Assembly: GCA_041393395.1 (NCBI GenBank)
Contig: JAWKKG010000003.1
Coordinates: 640,713 to 704,712 of the forward strand
From: a bacterium
GTDB lineage: Bacteria > ARS69
DNA: 64,000 nucleotides
Direction: 5' to 3'
Made by a program: the position numbers and the translations under genes. Below, piece by piece: positions 55,599 through 64,000 of this stretch (position 1 is the first letter of the stretch; every line of letters begins with the position of its first letter). The notes under the pieces are model-generated. The model ran no database searches. It saw nothing but the letters and a program-made list of their open reading frames with translations, and was not told the DNA's origin.

Positions 55599-57231
55599 GC
55601 TCGATGAGCGCGCCGCGCCGGACGGGCTTGGTGGCGAAGGCGTCGAAGCCGGCCAGCAAGCTCTTCTGACGGTCGGTCTCCATCGCGTTGCCGGTCAGTG
55701 CCACGATCGGGCGACGGAAGCCGGCCGCGCGGAGCTCTTCCGTCGCGCCCCAGCCGTCGAGTACCGGCATTTCGAGATCCATGAGGACGAGGTCGACCGG
55801 CGGCGCCCCGTCGCTCTCGCGCAGCGCGGCGTGCACGGCCTCGCGCCCGTTCTCCACCGCGAGGACCTGCGCGCCCAGACGCTCGAGCATCCGGGTGATG
55901 AGACGGCGGTTCACGGCGTTGTCCTCGGCCAGCAGCAGGCGACACGGCGGGAGCGGATCGATCTCGTCCGGCGCTTCGCGGATCAGCTTCACGCGGGCCG
56001 CTTCCTCGGGATCGAGGAAACGGACTCCCGCGAGCGGGCCCGTGGAGAACGTCGCGCGGAACTCGGAACCCCGGCCCGGCTCGCTCGCCACGGAGATCTC
56101 GCCACCCATCATGCGCGCGAGGCGATCGCAGATCGTCAGTCCGAGTCCGGTGCCGCCGAAACGTCGCGTGGTGGAGGTGTCCGCCTGCGAGAACGCCTCG
56201 AAGATGCGGGCGATCTGCGCCTCGTCCATGCCGATGCCCGTGTCGCGCACGGAGAGTTCGAGGCGATCGGGCTCGTCTTCGGTCGCGGGCGACAGGTGGC
56301 GGAGCCCGATCACGACCTCGCCCTCCGCCGTGAACTTGATCGCGTTGCCGACCAGGTTCACCGCGATCTGACGCACTCGCGTGGGGTCCGCGTGGACGGT
56401 CTCGGGAATCGGGCCGCGAAACTCGGCCCGCAGCTCGACGCCGCGGGCCCGCGCCCGCGTATCCATCGAGTTGCGCACGTCCGTCACGAGTCGGGCGGGA
56501 GAGAAGGGCATCTTCTCGAGATCGAGCCGACCGGCCTCGATCTTCGACAGGTCGAGAATGTCGCTGACGATCTGCAGCAGGAACTCGCCGCTGCGATGAA
56601 TCGTCCGCAGTGCGTCGTCGCGATCGCTCGGGGCGAGCTCGTCGCGCAGCAGCTCCTCGGTGTGGCCGAGGATCGCGGTCAACGGCGTGCGGATCTCGTG
56701 ACTCATGTTCGCGAGAAACGACGTCTTGGATCGATTCGCCGCCTCCACGCGCTCCATCGCGACCTCGATCTGTCGCAGCGCCAGCGATTCGCGCTCCAGC
56801 ATGCCCGAGAGCTGGACCGCCTGGCTCTCGAGCTTGCGTTCGGCGTGGCGACGCAGGGCGCGTGCCTCCGCGTCGGCGATGGCGGCGGCCAGGCGCCGGC
56901 TCGAGACACGTCGCTTCAGGAGGAAGTCGTCGGCACCGGCGCGAAGCAGTCGTACGGCGGCGTCCGTGTCCTCGCGAGAAGAGAGAACGAGCACGGGACG
57001 CAGGAAACCTCGCTCCCGGAGATCCGAGATGGCTTCCTCGATCGCGTCGATCTCGCGGTCGGCGGAGGCGAGCACGAGGTGAACGTCCTCGGACTCCGCG
57101 AGCGTCACGGCGTCGGACGCTTCCGTGGCGTGGAACAGCTCGAACGCGAAACCGGGGATCTCCTCGAGGTACCGCCGGAGTACGGCGTTCTCGGCCGCGC
57201 TGACTTCGATCGAGAGAATCTTCTTGGCCAC
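55540..57231 (-). CDS. hybrid sensor histidine kinase (N-terminal receiver-like, HisKA, HATPase_c, C-terminal REC)
   Basis: H-box [15 protein letters not shown]1/G2 boxes, C-terminal receiver LLAEDNAVN...[14 protein letters not shown]. Confidence 0.8.
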   Translation of the reverse strand: MAKKILSIEVSAAENAVLRRYLEEIPGFAFELFHATEASDAVTLAESEDVHLVLASADREIDAIEEAISDLRERGFLRPVLVLSSREDTDAAVRLLRAGADDFLLKRRVSSRRLAAAIADAEARALRRHAERKLESQAVQLSGMLERESLALRQIEVAMERVEAANRSKTSFLANMSHEIRTPLTAILGHTEELLRDELAPSDRDDALRTIHRSGEFLLQIVSDILDLSKIEAGRLDLEKMPFSPARLVTDVRNSMDTRARARGVELRAEFRGPIPETVHADPTRVRQIAVNLVGNAIKFTAEGEVVIGLRHLSPATEDEPDRLELSVRDTGIGMDEAQIARIFEAFSQADTSTTRRFGGTGLGLTICDRLARMMGGEISVASEPGRGSEFRATFSTGPLAGVRFLDPEEAARVKLIREAPDEIDPLPPCRLLLAEDNAVNRRLITRMLERLGAQVLAVENGREAVHAALRESDGAPPVDLVLMDLEMPVLDGWGATEELRAAGFRRPIVALTGNAMETDRQKSLLAGFDAFATKPVRRGALIELIRSQLAATSTPAATPPTR

Positions 57232-57376
57232 GTTGCGTCCACCCGGTGCGAGACCCGTGCCTCGTTCCCCGGATCGGTCGCGTCGCGCAGACGCTGAATC
57301 CCGAACTTGCGTTGTAAGGTGGAGCTAATCGATCGAGCAACGGAGTGCGAACGATGTGTCGGAGAGCTTCGCGAAG

Positions 57377-58078
57377 CTAACTCGGTGTACGGCTCGCAGC
57401 GGCGCGGAAGATCGTGCCGAGGATCTTGTGGGAAGCGCGGACCGTGCCCGAGATGGTGCCCGTGATCTTGGACTTCCCCACGCGGCGCCGGTACGAGACA
57501 GGCACCTCCGCGCATCGCAGTCCGCGCTGGGCGGCCTTGACCTGCATCTCCACCGTCCAGCCGAAGTCGCGATCCGCCATCGCGAGATCGCGCAGTCGAT
57601 CGGCGCGGATCGCGCGGAAGGGTCCGAGATCCGTGAACCGGACTCCCCAGAACCAGCGGATCAGCCGAGTCGCGAGCCAGTTGCCGAACAGGGCCTGCGG
57701 CAGCAACGCGCCCCGCTCGCGCGACCCGATCATGCGGCTGCCGATCACGAGGTCGGCGCGACCTTCGAGAATCGGGGCGAGGACGAGCGGGAGCTCGCTC
57801 GGATCGTCGGAGAAGTCCGCATCGACGAACGCGACGACGTCCGGGTCGTCGACGGACGCGATTCCGGTGAGGCACGCGCTACCGTAGCCTCGACGTTCCT
57901 CCCGGAGCACGCGTGCGCCGCGTTCGCGCGCCACGTCGGCGGTGCGGTCCGTGGAGCCGTTGTCGACCACGATGATCTCGTGGATCAGCGGGCGCGGCAG
58001 CGCGTCGAGGACGAGGGGGAGGCTGTTCTCCTCGTTCAGCGCGGGGATGACGAGAGAGACGCGCGCGGGCTCACGCAT
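57377..58078 (-). CDS. GT2 glycosyltransferase, polyprenyl-phosphate sugar synthase-like (DPM1/GtrB/ArnC family)
   Basis: VSLVIPALNEE, VVDNGSTD, DADFSDDP (DxD). Confidence 0.8.
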   Translation of the reverse strand: MREPARVSLVIPALNEENSLPLVLDALPRPLIHEIIVVDNGSTDRTADVARERGARVLREERRGYGSACLTGIASVDDPDVVAFVDADFSDDPSELPLVLAPILEGRADLVIGSRMIGSRERGALLPQALFGNWLATRLIRWFWGVRFTDLGPFRAIRADRLRDLAMADRDFGWTVEMQVKAAQRGLRCAEVPVSYRRRVGKSKITGTISGTVRASHKILGTIFRAAASRTPS

Positions 58079-59624
58079 CGGTACGCGGTGCGCCGATACT
58101 CGCCGACGCGCGGCGCGGAAGCTCCAGGGACAGCAGCCCGACGTAGAGATACCCGAACAGGAACAGCACCACGAACGGTGCCGCGCCGAAGAGTCCGTTC
58201 TTCAGCGTGAACACGAGCACCCCGAGGAAGTACAGGCCGAGCAGGAGCTCGAAGATCGTGGTGCCGCTGCCGAGGCCGCGATAGGCCTTGTCGCGCCAGG
58301 TACCGCGCGTGCCGTCGATCGCGTACTTCGGCGTCCGGTGGAACGGAGAATCCACTCCGAACAATCCCTCGAGGATCGCGCGGGTGTTGTTCACGGAGAG
58401 GCCGATGGCCACGGACATCACCGCCGGGAGATACCCGACCTGACGCCGCCAGTCGCGGCGGACCTCCGCCACCGCCGCGCCGTAGAACACGAACACGGAG
58501 ATCGTGGCGAGGCTGAACAGCAGGGTCTCCACCGGCCAGGTCGTGAACCAGCCGGACGCGAAGCGCACCAGAACGGCCGGATAGACGAAGATGGAGAGCG
58601 CCAGAACGAAAAGGTACGCGACGTTCTGCGTGAGGTGCACGGAGCACTCGATCTTGTCGAACGTCGAGAGCGAGGAACGCCAGATCCGGGGCAGGATCTT
58701 CTTGGCCACCTGCACGGAGCCCTTTACCCAGCGGAACTGCTGGCCCTTGTACGCGCGCATGTCCACCGGCAGCTCGGACGGGCACGTCACGTCGCGGAGG
58801 TAGACGAAGCGCCAGCCGGCGAGCTGCGCGCGGTACGAGAGGTCGAGATCTTCCGTGAGCGTGTCGTGCTGCCAGCCGCCGGCATCCTCGATGCAACGTC
58901 GTCGCCACATGCCGGCGGTGCCGTTGAAGTTCCAGAAGAGGCCGTTCTTGGCGCGGGCCTCGTGCTCGAGCACGAAGTGGCCGTCCAGGGAGATCGCCTG
59001 GATCCTGGCGAGCATGGAGAAGTCCGCATTCAGGTGGTCCCAGCGCACCTGCACCATGCCGACCCCGGGATCCGAGAAGTACGGCACCATCCGGCGCAGC
59101 AGATCGCGGCGGGGAACGAAGTCCGCGTCGAAGATCAGGACGAGCTCGCCCTTCGCGTCGCGCAGTCCGTGCGCGAGCGCGCCGGCCTTGTAGCCCGTGC
59201 GATCGCCGCGCCGCACGTGGCGAATGTCGAGCCCGGTCGCCGCGAGACGGGCGACCTCGGCGGCGGCCACCGCGACCGTCGCGTCGTTCGAGTCGTCCAG
59301 CACCTGGATCTCGAGCTTCTCGCGGGGATAGTCGATGTCCGCGGCCGCCCGGATCAGGCGCTCCACCACGTAGCGCTCGTTGTACACGGGCAACTGGATG
59401 GTCACGTGCGGGAGCTCCGCGGGCTCCCGCTGCGCGAACTCGCGGCGGCGACCCCGGCGCGCGAGGACGAGCAGCCAGATCCGGCGCAGCCCGAGGAGGC
59501 CGAACACCGACCACAGCGCGAAGTACACGGCGATCAGGGCATCCTGGGATGGCGTGAGTGCGTGTTCGACGCCCAAATCCGTGCTCCGGGTGCGGCGGCC
59601 CGAGGGGCCGAGGGACGGCGCCAC
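58071..59624 (-). CDS. membrane-bound processive GT2 glycosyltransferase (cellulose-synthase/NodC-like)
   Basis: D, DxD (FDADF), TED (TLTEDLD), QxxRW (QQFRWVKG) motifs; N- and C-terminal TM helices. Confidence 0.75.
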   Translation of the reverse strand: MAPSLGPSGRRTRSTDLGVEHALTPSQDALIAVYFALWSVFGLLGLRRIWLLVLARRGRRREFAQREPAELPHVTIQLPVYNERYVVERLIRAAADIDYPREKLEIQVLDDSNDATVAVAAAEVARLAATGLDIRHVRRGDRTGYKAGALAHGLRDAKGELVLIFDADFVPRRDLLRRMVPYFSDPGVGMVQVRWDHLNADFSMLARIQAISLDGHFVLEHEARAKNGLFWNFNGTAGMWRRRCIEDAGGWQHDTLTEDLDLSYRAQLAGWRFVYLRDVTCPSELPVDMRAYKGQQFRWVKGSVQVAKKILPRIWRSSLSTFDKIECSVHLTQNVAYLFVLALSIFVYPAVLVRFASGWFTTWPVETLLFSLATISVFVFYGAAVAEVRRDWRRQVGYLPAVMSVAIGLSVNNTRAILEGLFGVDSPFHRTPKYAIDGTRGTWRDKAYRGLGSGTTIFELLLGLYFLGVLVFTLKNGLFGAAPFVVLFLFGYLYVGLLSLELPRRASASIGAPRTDA

Positions 59625-59844
59625 GCGCCGCGGCGGGTTTGTCCGGGGAACGACCGGGACGGCGGGACCTTAGGGGCCCGCGGCGGTTCCCGTCAAGAAA
59701 CGCGAGAACCCCGTCCCGCGTGACTTCCACGGCGTCTGTGGGTCGAACGGAGCGTCGGGTTGACCGAGGCCCGGGGGCTCGGTAGCCTGCGTCCGCCCAC
59801 CGGTGAATCCCATTCGACCGATCCCTCATCCGACAAGGCGGAAC

Positions 59845-60459
59845 ATGAACCGAGCCGAGGACGCGGATCTCGTCCGGCGAGCCCGGGATGGCGACGAAGC
59901 GGCCTTTTCGGATCTCGTGGAGCGCCACCAGGGGCGCGTGTACAACCACGCACTCCGGATGATGGGCAACGTCCAGGACGCGGAGGAAGTGCTCCAGGAC
60001 ACGTTCGTGCAGGCCTACCGGAATCTGGCCAAGTTCGAGGAACGTTCGCGCTTCTCGACCTGGATCTACCGGATCGCCACGAACGAGGCGCTGATGCGTC
60101 TCCGGAAGGCGAGCCGAAAGGTCGAGACCTCTTTCGAGGATCTCGCACACCCGGACGGCGAGGCCTGGCACGAGGCTCTCCACGACTTCACGTCCGCGCT
60201 GGACGACGTGCAGTCGACGGAGATCCGGGAGGCCCTGGAGAAGGCGCTCGTGGAACTGCCGGAGGAGTACCGCATCGTGTTCACGCTGCGCGACATCGAC
60301 GGATTCACGAACGCCGAGGTGGCCGACATCCTGGAGATCTCGGTCGCGGCCGTGAAGTCGAGGTTGCACCGGAGTCGTCTGTTCCTGCGTGACCGCCTGG
60401 CGCAGTTCCACGAGGAGACGCGTACCCGCACTCCGCAGCCGGGGAAGGGCGACGCATGA
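59845..60459 (+). CDS. ECF-type RNA polymerase sigma factor (sigma-70 regions 2 and 4)
   Basis: Region 2 ([29 protein letters not shown]), region 4 HTH ([21 protein letters not shown]). Confidence 0.85.
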   Translation: MNRAEDADLVRRARDGDEAAFSDLVERHQGRVYNHALRMMGNVQDAEEVLQDTFVQAYRNLAKFEERSRFSTWIYRIATNEALMRLRKASRKVETSFEDLAHPDGEAWHEALHDFTSALDDVQSTEIREALEKALVELPEEYRIVFTLRDIDGFTNAEVADILEISVAAVKSRLHRSRLFLRDRLAQFHEETRTRTPQPGKGDA

Positions 60460-60710
60460 GCGAGAACTGCCCGCGTCAGGTCTGCGAACGGGTCCGGCAG
60501 CTGCTCTCCGAACTGCTCGACGACGAGCTGCGCGGCGTCGTGCTCGAGGAGGTTCGCATGCATCTCCGGGACTGCCCGGACTGCGTGCTCGAGGTGGACA
60601 GCGTGAAGAAGACGATCCGTCTCTACCGGCAGTGCTCCTGTCAGGACGTGCCGGTGGACATCCGGATCCGGTTGCAGGACGTGATTCGCCGCGCGAGGGA
60701 ACAGGGCTAG
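60456..60710 (+). CDS. zinc-binding anti-sigma factor (ZAS, RsrA-like; H-x3-C-x2-C)
   Basis: 84 aa, HLRDCPDC motif plus N-terminal Cys; ATGA overlap with sigma gene. Confidence 0.7.
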   Translation: MSENCPRQVCERVRQLLSELLDDELRGVVLEEVRMHLRDCPDCVLEVDSVKKTIRLYRQCSCQDVPVDIRIRLQDVIRRAREQG

Positions 60711-60784
60711 CGCGCGGAAGAGTGTGGCCCGTACGAAGGGGAGCCGGAACCGTGGGTTCCGGGGAAGGAAGAAAGGGAGCAGCG

Positions 60785-61111
60785 ATGAGCAACGCAATGG
60801 CAGTGACGGACGGCAATTTCCAGAACGAGGTTCTCGGTTCGAACGTCCCCGTGGTCGTCGACTTCTGGGCGGAGTGGTGCGGCCCGTGTCGCCTGATCGG
60901 TCCCGTGCTCGACGAGCTGGCGGGCGAGTACGGCGGCAAGATGAAGATCACGAAGCTGAACGTCGACGAGAACCCGGCCGTGGCCGGCCAGTACGGCGTT
61001 CGCTCGATCCCCACGCTCCTGTTCTTCAAGGGCGGCAAGATCGTCGATCAGGTGATCGGTGCGGTCCCGAAGTCCGAGCTCAAGAAGCGGTTCGACGCGA
61101 CGCTCGCCTGA
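60785..61111 (+). CDS. trxA: thioredoxin
   Basis: WCGPC active site, 108 aa; AAGGGAG RBS. Confidence 0.9.
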   Translation: MSNAMAVTDGNFQNEVLGSNVPVVVDFWAEWCGPCRLIGPVLDELAGEYGGKMKITKLNVDENPAVAGQYGVRSIPTLLFFKGGKIVDQVIGAVPKSELKKRFDATLA

Positions 61112-61354
61112 TCGCCGCGATCGCGCGGAGCAAGGAAAAGCGAAAGAACGCAAAGATGCGGGCCGGGGGGTGACCCTCGGCCCGCGCCTCGTTTGCGGAG
61201 GCCCGCCCCGCGCCACGGTTCCGGACGGTCGGATCGGGGAACCCACGCCCACCGGACGGGTTCGCGGAACGTCGAACGGGGATTGACCTTCCCTCTGCGC
61301 CCGTTTCGTCCGATCATTCCCGCCCGAAGACTCGAAACCCCGGGGGTCCGATCC

Positions 61355-63520
61355 ATGCGCGCTCGTCCGTTCGCGTCCGCGATGTCGCTCGCGGCAGTTC
61401 TGGTCCTCGGCGTCGGTTCGGCCGTCGCCGACGAGATCGCCCGCGCGGCGATCACCGTCGACGCCACGGCCCCGGAGGCACGCGTCACCGGCAAGCTCTC
61501 CTACACCGCGACTCTCCAGGGCGGGCCGCGCGCCGAGATCTCGCTGTGGTGGGCGCCGGGAGTCACGGTCGAGCAGGCGACGGCGGACGGTCGAGCGCTC
61601 GGCGTCGCCGAGGCGGGCGAGCGGGGGGGGCGTCGTGGCTGGAAGATCACGCTTCCGTCGCCGATTCCCGCCGGGGAAACCCGCGACATCGAAGTTTCCT
61701 GGGTCGTCACCGCGCGGGGGATGGCCGGCATCGCTCCCGGGGTCGAGACAGGACGTCTGCTCCCGGGATCCGGCTGGTTCCCGTCCACGTCGCCCGAGCT
61801 GGACGAACGGCCCGCGCACTCCCTCGACTTTCGCGGCGTCGCGGGGGCGACCGGAGTCGCCGCCGGCAACGCCACCGGCAATGGCTCCGGCTGGGCCAGC
61901 CCGACGGCGGCGCGCCCGTACGTCGTGTGGGGACCGTACCGCGCGGAGTCGATCGAGTTCGCGGGCCGTCCGGCGGTGGCGTACCGCACCCCGACCGACA
62001 CCGGCGAGGTTCCCCGTCTGGATCGTCTCGGACGGATCCTCGAGTCCATCGAAGCCGGCATCGGAAGGGACTTGGCGGCGGAGGACTTCAAGCTCGTCGA
62101 CGTGGGAGACGGCGTGGCGTGGGGCGGCCTGAGCACGCTGTTCTGGGACGAGTCCGCGACGGCCTCGATCGCCGCCGGCGGGCGTGACGCCTGGCTACAC
62201 GACCGCGATCTCGCGGGCGCGCTCGCGGCCACGCAGTGGACCGAGCGGTTCCGATTCCTCGGGGATCAGGCGGCGTTCCTGTCGCGCTCGCTCGCGCTGT
62301 ACCTCGGTGACGTCGCGACGATCACGCTCGACGACTCCGACGATCTGATTCCCACCGAGCGGATCGTCATCGGCTCGCGCAAGGACGACTTCCTCGCCGG
62401 CCGCGCCGGCGGCGATCTGCCGTTGCTCGGTCTCCCCGCGAGCGGGCCGCGCGCGACCTGGGTGCTGGCCACCCGCGGCGCTCTGGTCGCGCACATGCTC
62501 GCGGAGGCCTGTCCCTCGCGTTCGCACTTCATCTCCTTCCTCCGGACGTTTCGCGAGCACTACGAGAACCGCGACGTCGACGCCTCCGTGTTCTCGGGCG
62601 ACCTCTCCCGCGCGTTCCCGAACCAGCACACCTTCCTGGAGCCGTACTTCCGCACCACGGAGCTCCCGAACTTCGTGATCAAGGACCATGCCCCCGATAC
62701 GAAGCCGGGCGTGAAGGATCGCTACCGCGTGCAGATCGACAACGAGGGCCCGGTCGCGGGGCCGGTCGAGATCGTGACCTTCACCGGGAAGGGTCAGTTC
62801 CTGCGTTCGTTCCGCACGTTCATCGACGCGGGGCAGACCGGCGGGGTGACGTTCCGCGACGCCGGGCGGATCGCACGGATCGAGATCGATCCGCGGGGCG
62901 CCACCCTCGGGGCGTCGCGTGGCGCCTCGATCGTGGTGGAAGGAGGCGGGGAGGGGCCGCAGGAGCCGCTCGTCCCGGCATTCCCGATCATCTCGGGCAC
63001 ATCGCGCCCGTACGAGGTGCAGAATTTCTCGCTGGATCTTCCGTCTCTGAAGGTCCGCAACTTCAACGGATTCGTGCACTGGTGGCAGACCTACCACGGC
63101 CCGAGTGCCGCGACGCTGGTCGGCGAGGGGGACGTGGAGATCGTGCCGGACGGTGAGCTGGCCGCCGCGTTCGAGGCGAAGATGCACCGCACGTCGCTCA
63201 AGTTCGCCGCCCGCGACATCTTCCTCCGCTTCCCGCTCGACGCGTGGCCGCAGTTCGAGAAGCAGTTCGGTGCGGAGATGGAGTCGCTGACCGCCGAGCA
63301 GGAGCATCGCCGTCGCTTCTCCTACGAGCACTCGTTCCCGACGTACTTCTTCGAGGAATCGCGCGCGCAGGTTCCGCCGCCGGGTTCGGTGCTGGCCACG
63401 TTCGAGATCAGCGGCGACGAACGTCGCGCGTGGGTGCGCTGGCCCCAGTCCGACGGGCGGACCACGATGCGACTCTGGGATCACCTGCGCGGCACGACCA
63501 TCTGGGAGGAAACGCGCTGA
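61355..63520 (+). CDS. hypothetical secreted protein (721 aa)
   Basis: Signal peptide MRARPFASAMSLAAVLVLGVGSAVA; coding-like; no recognised domain. Confidence 0.6.
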   Translation: MRARPFASAMSLAAVLVLGVGSAVADEIARAAITVDATAPEARVTGKLSYTATLQGGPRAEISLWWAPGVTVEQATADGRALGVAEAGERGGRRGWKITLPSPIPAGETRDIEVSWVVTARGMAGIAPGVETGRLLPGSGWFPSTSPELDERPAHSLDFRGVAGATGVAAGNATGNGSGWASPTAARPYVVWGPYRAESIEFAGRPAVAYRTPTDTGEVPRLDRLGRILESIEAGIGRDLAAEDFKLVDVGDGVAWGGLSTLFWDESATASIAAGGRDAWLHDRDLAGALAATQWTERFRFLGDQAAFLSRSLALYLGDVATITLDDSDDLIPTERIVIGSRKDDFLAGRAGGDLPLLGLPASGPRATWVLATRGALVAHMLAEACPSRSHFISFLRTFREHYENRDVDASVFSGDLSRAFPNQHTFLEPYFRTTELPNFVIKDHAPDTKPGVKDRYRVQIDNEGPVAGPVEIVTFTGKGQFLRSFRTFIDAGQTGGVTFRDAGRIARIEIDPRGATLGASRGASIVVEGGGEGPQEPLVPAFPIISGTSRPYEVQNFSLDLPSLKVRNFNGFVHWWQTYHGPSAATLVGEGDVEIVPDGELAAAFEAKMHRTSLKFAARDIFLRFPLDAWPQFEKQFGAEMESLTAEQEHRRRFSYEHSFPTYFFEESRAQVPPPGSVLATFEISGDERRAWVRWPQSDGRTTMRLWDHLRGTTIWEETR

Positions 63521-64000
63521 TTCCGCGGGCGCTTCGACGCTCGCTGGGCGTCGTGGTGATTCCGCTGGCACTCGCGCAATGCGCCTCGCCGGAGTACCGC
63601 AACTACTCGCTGCCGGAAGCGCTCGCCCCCGAGCCGCCCGCGGCGGCCGGCGCCCCGTCGGCTCGGCTCGACGACACGAACTCGGAGTCGTTGCCGGGGG
63701 GCATCCGGCTCGTACACGCGGATCGCGCCCGACTCGCCCCTTCGTTCCGATTCTCCGATGCGCGCGGCGGCGTGCACACGAACGACTCGCTCGAGGGACG
63801 TGTCGTGTGGGTGGATCTGTGGGCGACGTGGTGCGCCACCTGCATCGCGGAGCTTCCGCGCGTGCGCGAGCTGCAGGGTCGCCAGCAGGCCCGGGGCCTC
63901 GTGGTCCTCGGAGTGTGTCGCGACTCCCCGCACTCCGAGTTCACGCGCATCGCGGGGAAGGCCTGGGTGGAGGGGATTGCACTGATCGACGCCTCCGCGT
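63517..64000 (+). CDS. TlpA/redoxin-like lipoprotein (WATWCATC), 3'-truncated by window; no canonical start codon (CTG/ATT at 63517-63522)
   Basis: Lipoprotein signal IPRALRRSLGVVVIPLALAQC, thioredoxin-fold CxxC; not in ORF track because frame lacks ATG/GTG/TTG upstream of signal peptide. Confidence 0.5.
   Translation, partial: MIPRALRRSLGVVVIPLALAQCASPEYRNYSLPEALAPEPPAAAGAPSARLDDTNSESLPGGIRLVHADRARLAPSFRFSDARGGVHTNDSLEGRVVWVDLWATWCATCIAELPRVRELQGRQQARGLVVLGVCRDSPHSEFTRIAGKAWVEGIALIDASA

Noticed and set aside
58036-61038. 1000-aa minus ORF overlapping GT2 and sigma/anti-sigma/trx genes
   Set aside because: Frame artefact; real GT2 gene is in the 58071..59624 frame and plus-strand sigma/anti-sigma/trxA have motifs

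Overview
64 kb window, very high GC (roughly 70%), gene-dense, with no IS elements, prophage remnants or CRISPR arrays seen. Coding regions were called by reading the six-frame track against protein-family motifs, Shine-Dalgarno sites (GGAGG-like) and ATGA/TAATG start-stop overlaps. Many long opposite-strand ORFs are GC artefacts and were discarded.

Taxon guess (inference only): an FCB-group, high-GC lineage such as Gemmatimonadota, because several secreted proteins carry T9SS/FlgD-Ig-like C-terminal sorting domains.

Content, 5' to 3':
- M1 aminopeptidase fused to a polytopic membrane region; a secreted DsbA-like CPDC protein with a T9SS tail; a TPR lipoprotein; a CPXCG mini-protein; a lipoprotein.
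- A divergent DNA-repair cluster: tag, then an mrfA-like DEAD/DEAH helicase with DUF1998, then an mrfB-like DnaQ-fold exonuclease.
- An operon of three secreted proteins: a BNR/Asp-box repeat protein with a T9SS tail, a DAVSRE tandem-repeat protein with a T9SS tail, and a glycine-rich beta-helix-like protein.
- A GT2-TPR glycosyltransferase and an outer-membrane beta-barrel protein.
- A bacterial topoisomerase VI pair (top6B-top6A), both subunits carrying Lys/Ala-rich histone-H1-like tails.
- Housekeeping genes: rluA-family, a long transketolase-family protein, pcm, guaB, folP, cdaA, ftsH, hpt, tilS with an adjacent tRNA(CAU), pepP-like M24 peptidase, aroC, trpF, cysteine desulfurase, tlpA, trxA.
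- Signalling: REC-GAF-HD-GYP followed by REC-STAS; a hybrid histidine kinase; an ECF sigma / ZAS anti-sigma / thioredoxin module.
- A glycan or glyco-lipid locus: prenyltransferase-repeat protein, GT-C (DUF2029-like), DPM1-like GT2, cellulose-synthase-like GT2.
- A lipoprotein plus OMP-barrel pair, and several hypothetical secreted proteins.

Most worth follow-up: the bacterial Topo VI with histone-like tails; the secreted-repeat-protein operon; a promoter-to-terminator candidate small RNA with an AT-rich island at 27.9-28.2 kb; the tilS / tRNA-CAU adjacency; and the HD-GYP / REC-STAS pair.
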